From: an uncultured cyanobacterium
GTDB taxonomy: Bacteria > Cyanobacteriota > Cyanobacteriia > PCC-9006 > JAAUQQ01
DNA length: 64,000 nucleotides
Direction of reading: 5' to 3'
Assembly: GCA_963718615.1 (NCBI GenBank)
Contig: OY970368.1
Span: 3,840,001 to 3,904,000 of the forward strand
Positions 8,345 to 16,722 of the stretch are shown here, piece by piece (the first letter of the stretch is position 1; each line of letters begins with the position of its first letter). A model generated the notes under the pieces. That model was not told where the DNA came from. It searched no databases and saw nothing but the letters and a program-made list of their open reading frames with translations. Both the position numbers and the translations under genes were made by a program.

Positions 8345-9526
8345 ATGTTTAGTCAGCATTTAACTCAGCTATTCTCACGCAAGGATTTCAGGCATGATTT
8401 CAGGCATATTGGTATGACTATAGCTTTGATTCTCGATCGCCCGATCACTGGGATCTCAAAAATGTTGCAGTCTTCTGCTCAAACTGCCCATTACACCAAG
8501 GCAGAAGAGCAATTTATTCAGCTTCTGAGAACTAAAAACCTAGATCAACGGGTGAACTCCCAACCTGAGCTAACTGGCGATTTTTCAGCAACGCTTACCG
8601 ATGCTTTAGCAATTGCTTACTCAGAGTCCTCAACATCTGATGCTGTAGAGTCCGCACAGCTATTTCTGCAACGTATTCTCTACCAAATTAATCGGCTTAA
8701 CTTTTTTTGGTATAGCGACTTGTTGCAGTACGAAAATGAGCGTTCTTCCTATTTGCAACAGGTACGCGACAGCATTGAAGCCGTGTGGCAACCCTGGGAA
8801 CTAGCCCAACTCAATGTTGAGCAGCTGCAAAAACTGGATGTCAAACAAGCGTTGATCGATCGCTGCGAAGCTGATTTGCAGCCTCCTTTGTCCGAAAGCA
8901 AACGCTACATTCAAGAGCAGATGACGCTAGAAGGATATCGCCACCTGATCGCGATCGCTTCTCTAGATGGACTAGTAGAATCTAGCCGCCTTTGCAACAT
9001 TTTAGGAGGTGCCAGTAACGAAATTCAGGCAACGCTGATTCGAGTGCTGATCGAAGAGTATGGGAATGGACGCTTGCCCCGAAAGCATTCCACCTTCTTT
9101 GCTCAAATGATGAGGGAACTAGAGCTGCATTCTGAACCTGAAACCTATTTGGATCTCGTTCCCTGGCAAGTTTTGGCTTGTATTAACCACAACTTCCTAC
9201 TAACCGAACGCAAGCGCCATTTCCTACGCTACATTGGCGGATTTACCTACTTTGAAATTGTCGGGCCGTCTATCTATCGAGACTACATGAAAGCGGCTCA
9301 GCGGTTAAATCTTTCAGATACCGCAATGGGATATTGGGAGCTACACATTCGGGAAGATGAACGACACGGACAATGGATGCTTCACGATGTTGCGCTAGCT
9401 CTGGCAGATCAGTATCCAGAGCAGGCTTGGGAGCTCGTACTGGGCTATGAGCAAGATAAATGGATGGGCGATCGTGCTGGCAAAGCGATCTTTCAAATGA
9501 TTCAACAAGCTGAGCACTCTTCCTGA
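8345..9526 (+). CDS. iron-containing redox enzyme (heme-oxygenase-like diiron, HDO family)
   Basis: LIEEYGNG...HSTFF, TYFE, YWELHIREDERHG metal-ligand pattern; start could be 8414 or 8462. Confidence 0.85.
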   Translation: MFSQHLTQLFSRKDFRHDFRHIGMTIALILDRPITGISKMLQSSAQTAHYTKAEEQFIQLLRTKNLDQRVNSQPELTGDFSATLTDALAIAYSESSTSDAVESAQLFLQRILYQINRLNFFWYSDLLQYENERSSYLQQVRDSIEAVWQPWELAQLNVEQLQKLDVKQALIDRCEADLQPPLSESKRYIQEQMTLEGYRHLIAIASLDGLVESSRLCNILGGASNEIQATLIRVLIEEYGNGRLPRKHSTFFAQMMRELELHSEPETYLDLVPWQVLACINHNFLLTERKRHFLRYIGGFTYFEIVGPSIYRDYMKAAQRLNLSDTAMGYWELHIREDERHGQWMLHDVALALADQYPEQAWELVLGYEQDKWMGDRAGKAIFQMIQQAEHSS

Positions 9527-9598
9527 GTTTATTTGCTTTGTCTCCGGAGGCGCTGATGGTCCTCCTCATTTCTTCATTCCTAAAACTGGACTTTTCTT

Positions 9599-10342
9599 AT
9601 GAAAGAAGCTTTACTGAGCGCTGGTAATGCAGCCACAGCCTATTCACCCAACCAAGTGTTTCTCTGCCCCGAAGAATCTCAGTTTTATTCTCAATGCATT
9701 GAGAAAATGGTTGCTTATCATTGCACCCCCGCTGACTCAGTAGTTGAGTTTGGTGCTGGAGAAGGTAGCCCAGTGATCAACTGCTTGTTGAAAACTAAAT
9801 TTGATGCGTTCATTCAAGGCTATGAGCTAAATCCTGCTGCTTGTGAGCTGGCAAATTCTAGAATCGAACAGTATCAGCTAAAGCACAAGTATAAAGTTCA
9901 TAACAAGTGTTTCTTCAACAATTTCTCTGTTTATGCAAATTACCTGATTGCAAATCCCCCTTACCTTCCTGCACCTGATGACGACCTTTACATGCCTACT
10001 TTGCATGGTGGAACTGACGGTGCAACGATTACCAAAAGACTATTATCAGTAGGATGTGAAAGCCTACTGCTGATGGTCTCGGCATATTCTAATCCCATTG
10101 AAACAATCGAGTATGCTGCTGCTGAAGGCTATCAAGTGACGGATTTCATGGTTTCACCTCTACAATTTGGTTACTATAGCCGTGAACCCAAAGTGAGAGA
10201 CGCGATCGCAGAGCTTCGCACTCAACGTAAGGCATTTTATTCTAAAAACATCTACTTTCTTGCCGGTGTATTATTCCAAGAGAGAAACCGCTCTAGACCG
10301 GATTTATCTACAGAGTTGCTAAAGATAATGACGGCTCTGTAA
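9599..10342 (+). CDS. class I SAM-dependent methyltransferase (HemK-like NPPY motif)
   Basis: VVEFGAGEG, GYELNP, LIANPPYLP, LHGGTDG. Confidence 0.85.
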   Translation: MKEALLSAGNAATAYSPNQVFLCPEESQFYSQCIEKMVAYHCTPADSVVEFGAGEGSPVINCLLKTKFDAFIQGYELNPAACELANSRIEQYQLKHKYKVHNKCFFNNFSVYANYLIANPPYLPAPDDDLYMPTLHGGTDGATITKRLLSVGCESLLLMVSAYSNPIETIEYAAAEGYQVTDFMVSPLQFGYYSREPKVRDAIAELRTQRKAFYSKNIYFLAGVLFQERNRSRPDLSTELLKIMTAL

Positions 10343-10622
10343 AACACAGCTCTCTATTTCATAGCTTCCAAGCTTCATCACTCATGGGCTTGATTCCGTA
10401 TCCCAAACAATGCCATAGTCTACACCGAAGTAGTTATGAATCAATCGATCGGGTATTCCAGCCATAGCCCGCCATTCAATGGCATCGTATTTTAACGTAA
10501 CCCATCTGGTAACTGTTTGAGCTTAGGGTGGCGATCGCCCTCAACCAAACCAAACCTTGCCTCTACCAAATCCGAATCAATAATTTGATATAGTGACTCA
10601 AATCAGCGGCGGCAGATTATGT

Positions 10623-10652
10623 GGTTGGGTTTCTTTCGTCAACCCAACCTAC
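10623..10652 (-). repeat. GTAG-type REP-like palindrome
   Basis: minus strand GTAG-GTTGGGTT-gacgaaaga-AACCCAAC-C. Confidence 0.7.
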
Positions 10653-10808
10653 AGGCGAACAATCGCACTTCACTCCTACTTTAGATCAGCCTATCTCAAC
10701 CTGTAGACCCATGTTTTTCCCCACCCTTCTCTCTATAGTTAAAATGAACACTATTTTGCAACATTTTGAAAATGGGTTAGTGGTAATAATTCGCAGGGAG
10801 AATAGACT

Positions 10809-11519
10809 ATGTTTTTTCACAAAAAAGAACTCATCCACAAGGTTGAGATTAAGGAAGCAAATCCTCGATATGCTCAACTGCTGCTAGAACAGTTTGGTGG
10901 CGCTACAGGAGAGCTTTCTGCGGCATTGCAATATTGGGTGCAGTCCTTCCATGTTGAGAATGCAGGGATACGCGATATGCTACAAGACATTGCGATCGAA
11001 GAATTTAGCCATCTCGAAATGGTGGGCAAACTCATCGAAGGGCATACCAAGAATGTTGATCAAACAGAAGCATTCAAAAGCACACTATTTGCTGTGCGGG
11101 GAGCCGGCCCTCATTTTCTAGACAGCCAGGGCAGTGCGTGGACTGCAAGCTATCTGAATGAGGGAGGTGATGTTGTGCGCGACCTCAGAGCAAACATTGC
11201 CGCAGAAGCCGGGGCACGCCAGACTTACGAAGAACTGATCAAGTTAGCTACTGATGAAGGAACCAAACAAACGTTAGTTCATCTGTTAACGCGGGAAATT
11301 TCTCACACCAAGATGTTCATGAAAGCTTTGGAGTCGTTGGGCAAATTGGACGAGCCATTTTTCGGCAATATTCAACCTGACGAGACCGTTAATCTTTACT
11401 TCAACTTGTCCTCTAATGGAGAGAAAGATGAGCGTGGTCCCTGGAATTCCGATGAGAACTTTGAGTACATCGCAGATCCTTTTAAACAGGGCAAAGCTCC
11501 AGCTCAACGCGAAGCTTAA
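10809..11519 (+). CDS. katB: manganese catalase (KatB-type)
   Basis: MFFHKKE...LLEQFGGATGELSAALQY, DIAIEEFSHLEMV, NIAAEAGAR, TREISH; closely resembles Anabaena KatB as recalled. Confidence 0.93.
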   Translation: MFFHKKELIHKVEIKEANPRYAQLLLEQFGGATGELSAALQYWVQSFHVENAGIRDMLQDIAIEEFSHLEMVGKLIEGHTKNVDQTEAFKSTLFAVRGAGPHFLDSQGSAWTASYLNEGGDVVRDLRANIAAEAGARQTYEELIKLATDEGTKQTLVHLLTREISHTKMFMKALESLGKLDEPFFGNIQPDETVNLYFNLSSNGEKDERGPWNSDENFEYIADPFKQGKAPAQREA

Positions 11520-11529
11520 ACAAAACTAG

Positions 11530-11651
11530 GGTAGCGCGTTTTAGACCTGTGGAGGCGACCTTGGTACCGCTGTTTACCTGCCCCAGAGCAATCGGGCTTG
11601 ACTACATCATCCCCATTACAATTTGGGCAAAGTAGAAGTTCTAAAAGCATA
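11530..11651 (-). pseudogene. IS1-type InsA zinc-ribbon remnant
   Basis: LLCPNCNGDDVVK...GKQRY fragment inside the otherwise non-credible ORF 11516-11992. Confidence 0.55.
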
Positions 11652-11794
11652 CGTCGATTGAGGAGAAATAACCTGTCCAAAGGCTCCCTTATCTCCACAT
11701 GTCTAGAAAACCATATCAACTTAAAACTTTGTCTTTGGAGCAACTTAACTGTAACTCGGCGGCAAGAATAACCGATAGCCCTAAAGAACGTCCT

Positions 11795-11813
11795 GTGCAA
11801 GCGGTGGTTAGGC
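11795..11813 (-). other. attC half-site (R''/L'' arm)
   Basis: plus strand GTGCAAGC-ggtg-GTTAGGC, 67 nt downstream of the stop of 11880-12896; partner arm not convincing. Confidence 0.5.
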
Positions 11814-11879
11814 AGTCTCAAGAAGACACGAGAAAGCTCATAGTTATGTTTTCTAAAGATGTCTATGGTAGTACATAAC

Positions 11880-12896
11880 TTAGGATGGAAGGTGCAGGGG
11901 AATATAGAGTCGTCGAGCGAGTTCTGGGAATCGGTCACGATCTGCCACGATGAAAAACCCATATTCCCCATTTTCGTGATAACCCGTGCCAAAGCGGAAG
12001 GCTTGCTCTCGTCGATCGATTCTGTCCATTAACTGATTGAAGTGATTAATTACTGCCTCGACATCCATCCAGGTGCCTCTGCAATCTGCTCCAAACTGAT
12101 ACGTTTCGCCATTAAGCATGTACTGCACAACCCAATGAGAATCCAGATCGCTGAAAACGCCAATTCCTTCAGAGCGTTGATCGGAGATCAAGAATTGCGT
12201 CGTTGTTCCGTCAGGATTTCGCATGGAGAGTTCAGTCGTCCCGCTCACATTCTTAAACCGCTTTTCTTCTCCTATAAATTGTGAAATACTATTCAGACAA
12301 ATAGGAGAATTTGTTGATTTAGCAAGATCCCTGAAAAGCTCATCATGCCGAGGTTCAAAACCTATATCACGTAGGCTTGCATAGACCACCCGTTGCCCGA
12401 ATAGTTCATAAATGATGTTGATATGGTCATGCAGTATTAAGGCTGGGTTCTGAATCCACGAGTTAATTATTTCGATAGACTCTGCTGTCCATTGCTCAAC
12501 GATTCCAGCTACTTGCAGCATTTGCGAAACATGAGTAGCTATATGCCCCTCTTCATGCCACCTAAACATTAGACGATGCCAAGGATGCGATTGCGCTAGT
12601 GTTTCAGGTCTTCTACAACCATATTTCAGCAGGGTATAGGCCAGAAAGTGCCCAGCATAGTCAGTGGGATGATCCACTAAAGCATCTCTTAAAGCATTGA
12701 CAAGATTTTGGTCTGCTGCCCAGGTTCCATGCTTATAGATGTCTTCGCTATGTACTTTATACGCGCGATTTGAAAGCTCTATGCAAACCTCATAAACGCG
12801 GCCAACCTCATCATTTTCATCTCGAAAATGGTGTCGGTCATACCATCCAAGCAATTTGAAAAGCTCTTGGGTACTGGGCTTAAAATCGTTAGGCAT
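11880..12896 (-). CDS. hypothetical protein (gene cassette)
   Basis: 338-aa ORF starting 30 nt after the attC R' box at 12927-12933; no motif recognised. Confidence 0.8.
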   Translation of the reverse strand: MPNDFKPSTQELFKLLGWYDRHHFRDENDEVGRVYEVCIELSNRAYKVHSEDIYKHGTWAADQNLVNALRDALVDHPTDYAGHFLAYTLLKYGCRRPETLAQSHPWHRLMFRWHEEGHIATHVSQMLQVAGIVEQWTAESIEIINSWIQNPALILHDHINIIYELFGQRVVYASLRDIGFEPRHDELFRDLAKSTNSPICLNSISQFIGEEKRFKNVSGTTELSMRNPDGTTTQFLISDQRSEGIGVFSDLDSHWVVQYMLNGETYQFGADCRGTWMDVEAVINHFNQLMDRIDRREQAFRFGTGYHENGEYGFFIVADRDRFPELARRLYIPLHLPS

Positions 12897-12926
12897 CAGT
12901 CAATGTTACCCTCTGTCGGGAGTTAA

Positions 12927-13007
12927 GCCTAACGTTGCCCCTCACCCGCCGCCAATCACACCTGCATCAAACCGATCAATTTTCGGCGGTCGGTGTGCAT
13001 GGGCGTT
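12927..13007 (-). other. integron attC site (distal part), split by IS110 copy 2; its R'' box is at 13980-13986
   Basis: plus strand GCCTAAC-gttgc-CCCTCAC-ccgccgcc...ggcggtcggt-GTGCATGG-gcgtt [IS] GTTAGGC; removing the IS restores 7-5-7...8-5-7 geometry. Confidence 0.87.
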
Positions 13008-13019
13008 TATGGGGGGACG

Positions 13020-13313
13020 GGGGAGAAGAAACAGGAAGAGACGACTATGCATTGGACGACACAGAGGATGTCTACTAACATACCGAATCGCTCATCCCTC
13101 TCCCATTCGCGAATTTGACAGAACCGCATAAAGTCAAGAAAGGAGAGAATCTGCCAGCTAGTCGGGACGACTATGCAGCGCCAGTCAGAAGATGACTACT
13201 AACATATCGAATCGCCCGTCCAGCCAATCCAATCGCGTACCGACGAATCCTCAGGGAGTAGGGAAAGACTCTTTCCATAATCTCTTCGCTTTGCGAGCGG
13301 GGGCAGACTCTCC
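13020..13313 (+). ncRNA. putative IS110 bridge RNA with three guide loops, copy 2
   Basis: guide pairs TGCATTG/CTAACA (13048, 13075), TGCAGCG/CTAACA (13174, 13199) and CTCAGGG/CCATAA (13250, 13275), each pair separated by a short hairpin. Confidence 0.72.
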
Positions 13314-13342
13314 ATCCAACAAAACACCCTCAATCTAGCACA

Positions 13343-13777
13343 ATGAAACTCAACCTCAGCACAACCGTTTATGCTGCCTATATCGGCATTGATTGGGCAG
13401 ACCGCAAACATGATATTGCTCTCTACGATTGCCAGAATGAGATCTGGGCACAATCCACTATTCAGGCCACCCCTCAGGCGGAGGAAATTGGCAAGCAACG
13501 TTGGGTCCATTGGCGTTGGTCTTGTCCTATCTTTCTGAGGCAAATTTTTGTCGAGTGGGTTACCCATGCTCGGTCTCGTTCGGTCTGGTCACAGGCATTT
13601 TATCAACAACAACGACTGGCGGGTAAATCCCATCAAAAGGCTATTCGTGCTTTGGCGTATAAAGGGGGTCGGATTCTTTGGCGATGTTGGCAGGATAGGA
13701 CTCCTTATGATGAGGAAAAGTATCTCGCTGCTCTCCGGCGCAAAAACTCTCCTTTGGTCGCTCTTTTACCGGATTAG
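13343..13777 (+). pseudogene. IS110-family recombinase with in-frame internal deletion (144 aa)
   Basis: same deletion as 6109-6543. Confidence 0.87.
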
Positions 13778-14363
13778 TTCTCTATCTTGTTGCTCGATTG
13801 AACTGCTTTAGGTTTTGAACCAATCGAATACGAAAAATACGAAGATGGCTCTGATAGCTCAGTTCGGCTGATACTCAAAACTGACTATAAGGGGGTTTGC
13901 GCTGGCTTCAATTCGCTCGGATATTACATCAGAGTTATGTTGTATCTTCTCTATTGACCCCGTCCGGCTCAGGGCCTATGTTAGGCACTACATCTACAAA
14001 CAACTGACAACATAAGTTAGCCAAGATCTGAAAGCATAGGAGTTCATCATAAGCAGGGGGTTGAGCATGCAGCCAGACTACTTTTTTCTACTTGAAACCT
14101 ATTTTATTTGACTAGCTTCAATTTTCCCTGCTTCTGTCAATTGCCATGCTGACTTTGAACCCCTAAGTTCTGGTACTCTTTCCAGAAGCCCATTTGTTAG
14201 ACGACAATAGCATTGGCGGCTGCTCGACATTTCCTGGCGGGAGTTGTCGCGAAAGCGTGGCTTGGATCGTGAGACAGACGTGAGACTTTGACAGCTCACT
14301 GGCGTGGCGATCGACAAAAAAAGACACTCATAGGGTCCCCCTGGAAAGAAAGGACTCTAACGA

Positions 14364-16154
14364 GTGTCGAGAGTAATAATGTATCAACAGCGAGTGTACA
14401 TGAATGCAAAGGAGCATGGCCTGTCGCAGCAAGATGCGGCAGCGGTGGCGGAATTTTCGGTGCGAACCGCGCAACGAATGGATGCCAACGAGTGGCAGCA
14501 GGGGAGTGGAGAGGGCACCGGGGTGCGGACCCGGCCAGATCCACTCAACGGTCTTTGGGAAGCCGAACTAGAGGCGATGCTGCGAGCTGAGCCAAGACTG
14601 AAACCGACGACGTTATTTGAGCATTTGCAGGACAAATATCCGGGTCAATATCCGCAAGTGCTCAGGACGCTTCAGCGGCGAGTGAGAACCTGGAAAGCAC
14701 TGTATGGTCCAGCTCCCGAGGTGATGTTTGAGCTGCGTCACGAGCCGGGGGTGCAAGGATTTTCCGACTTCACCGAACTCAAAGGGACGGTGGTGACGAT
14801 AAATGGAAAGCCCTATGAGCACTTGATTTATCACTACCGCTTGGGCTACAGCGGCTGGTCCTACGCGGAGTTAATCGAGGGGGGTGAAAGCTTTGTCGCC
14901 CTATCCGAAGGATTGCAGAATGCCCTGTTTGCCTGCGGCGGGGCTCCAAAGCAGCATCGCACCGATAGCCTGAGTGCGGCCTATCGAAATCTGGGTGGGA
15001 AGAAGACCAAACCGCTGACGCGCTTGTATGACGACCTGTGTGAGCACTATCGGTTGCAACCGACGCGAAACAACCGGGGAATCGCCCACGAGAACGGTTC
15101 TATTGAAGGCCCCCACGGTCATCTGAAGAACCGCATTGTCCAAGCGATGTACCTGCGCGGCAGCACCGACTTCGCTAGCGTCAGCGACTATCAAGACCTG
15201 CTCAATGACTGTGTGGCCAAGCTCAATGCCCAGCATCAGGATAAGTATGAGCATGAGAAAGCGCATCTCCAGGCGTTGCCCAAATACCGGGCTGCGGACT
15301 ACGAACTCCTCACCGCCAAGGTGAGCAGCAACAGCACGATTGATATCCGCTGCATGCTCTACAGCGTGCCGTCTCGCTTAATTGGCCGGTCCCTGGAAGT
15401 GCATCTGCACCACAACCGCCTGATGGGCTACCTCGAAGGCCATGAAGTGTTCAGGTTGAAACGGATTCGTTCTACTGACAAGGACAAGCGGCGCGCCCGC
15501 TCGGTGGACTATCACCATGTCATCGAAGGGTTGCGCAAAAAGCCCTTGGCCTTCCTCCACAGCACCTGGCGAGAGGACCTCCTGCCCAATGAGCGCTATC
15601 ACCAACTCTGGAAACAGCTCCAGGCTGGCTTTGAGCTTGATTCTGCCGCCGTGCTCATGGTCGAAGCCCTCTATATTGCGGCGACCCAAAACAAGGAAGC
15701 GGCGGTCGCTGACTACCTCTTCCCAGAGATTGAGGCCAAAACCCTCACCCTCTCAAGGCTCAGACTCCATTTTCAGTTGCTCACCAAACTCGAATTCCCC
15801 ACCGTGAATGTCCAACAACATGACCTCAACGACTACGATGCCCTTCTGTTCACCCACAGCAGCGTCATCCCAGATGCAGAACCAGAGCTCGTCTCAACCG
15901 GAGCTGAGCCCTTACCAAAGCCTCAGCGCTCAGCTCAAGCACCTGCGCTTATCCCATATGCTCAACCACTGGGAGACCTTGGAGCAGCAAGCCATGCGAG
16001 AGACCTGGTCCTACGCGCAATTTCTCTTGGCCCTGTGCCAACTCGAAACAGACCGCCGCAAGGCTTTGCGCCTCCAAAGAGCCATCACCGAAGCTCAACT
16101 GCCCAACGCCAAAACGGTTTCCAATTTCGATTGGACACACCTGCCCCTGGTTAA
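14364..16154 (+). CDS. istA: IS21 transposase IstA
   Basis: RTRPDPL, LRTLQRRVRTWKA, SDFT, HRTDSLSAA, HENGSIEGPHGHLK (DDE), YSVPSRLIG; start may be 14379. Confidence 0.93.
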   Translation: MSRVIMYQQRVYMNAKEHGLSQQDAAAVAEFSVRTAQRMDANEWQQGSGEGTGVRTRPDPLNGLWEAELEAMLRAEPRLKPTTLFEHLQDKYPGQYPQVLRTLQRRVRTWKALYGPAPEVMFELRHEPGVQGFSDFTELKGTVVTINGKPYEHLIYHYRLGYSGWSYAELIEGGESFVALSEGLQNALFACGGAPKQHRTDSLSAAYRNLGGKKTKPLTRLYDDLCEHYRLQPTRNNRGIAHENGSIEGPHGHLKNRIVQAMYLRGSTDFASVSDYQDLLNDCVAKLNAQHQDKYEHEKAHLQALPKYRAADYELLTAKVSSNSTIDIRCMLYSVPSRLIGRSLEVHLHHNRLMGYLEGHEVFRLKRIRSTDKDKRRARSVDYHHVIEGLRKKPLAFLHSTWREDLLPNERYHQLWKQLQAGFELDSAAVLMVEALYIAATQNKEAAVADYLFPEIEAKTLTLSRLRLHFQLLTKLEFPTVNVQQHDLNDYDALLFTHSSVIPDAEPELVSTGAEPLPKPQRSAQAPALIPYAQPLGDLGAASHARDLVLRAISLGPVPTRNRPPQGFAPPKSHHRSSTAQRQNGFQFRLDTPAPG

Positions 16155-16722
16155 CCCTCTCCCGATTCAAAAACTCGCCACTGAACCCCAGTGGATTGAT
16201 GACGCCCAAAACTGTCTCTTCTTCGGACCTTCTGGGGTCGGCAAAACCCATCTGGCCGCTGGCATCGCTCGTGCCGCCCTGGAAGCGGGCAAGCGCGTCA
16301 AATTCTTCTGTGCCACCACCCTGGTGCAGTATCTCCAAAAAGAAAAGCTTCATCTCCAGCTTCAGCCTGCCCTGAAAAAGCTCGACCGCTTTGACCTCGT
16401 GATCATTGATGACCTCGGCTATGTCCAAAAATCCGAGGCAGAAACCTCCGTTCTCTTTGAACTCATTGCCTATCGCTATGAGCGCAAAAGCATCATGGTC
16501 ACTGCCAATCAGCCGTTCAGTGAGTGGAACTCCATCTTTGGTGATTCCATGATGACCGTCGCCGCCGTTGACCGCCTCATTCACCATGCGGTCATTCTCG
16601 AAATCAAGGCGGACAGTTTTCGTAAACGCTCCGCTCACCAGCGCTCTGAGAACTTGAAGGCACTCCCGGCAAAATCCTCTGAATCTGACTCCCAAACATC
16701 GACACACCAGAAGCGATCTTAG
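15874..16722 (+). CDS. istB: IS21 AAA+ helper ATPase IstB
   Basis: Walker A GPSGVGKT, Walker B LVIIDDLGY, AAVDRLIHHA; start codon uncertain (ORF opens at 15808). Confidence 0.93.
   Translation: MQNQSSSQPELSPYQSLSAQLKHLRLSHMLNHWETLEQQAMRETWSYAQFLLALCQLETDRRKALRLQRAITEAQLPNAKTVSNFDWTHLPLVNPLPIQKLATEPQWIDDAQNCLFFGPSGVGKTHLAAGIARAALEAGKRVKFFCATTLVQYLQKEKLHLQLQPALKKLDRFDLVIIDDLGYVQKSEAETSVLFELIAYRYERKSIMVTANQPFSEWNSIFGDSMMTVAAVDRLIHHAVILEIKADSFRKRSAHQRSENLKALPAKSSESDSQTSTHQKRS

Larger units (their letters stand above)
13008..13979 (+). mobile_element. non-autonomous IS110-family element, copy 2
   Basis: same ends and organisation as copy 1; perfect 8-bp sub-terminal IR GGACGGGG/CCCCGTCC. Confidence 0.9.

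Noticed and set aside
14195-14200. IS21 left end TGTTAG resembles the attC R box and the IS110 target half-site
   Set aside because: There is no L box at the right spacing, and IS21 ends begin with TG anyway, so this is probably coincidence.
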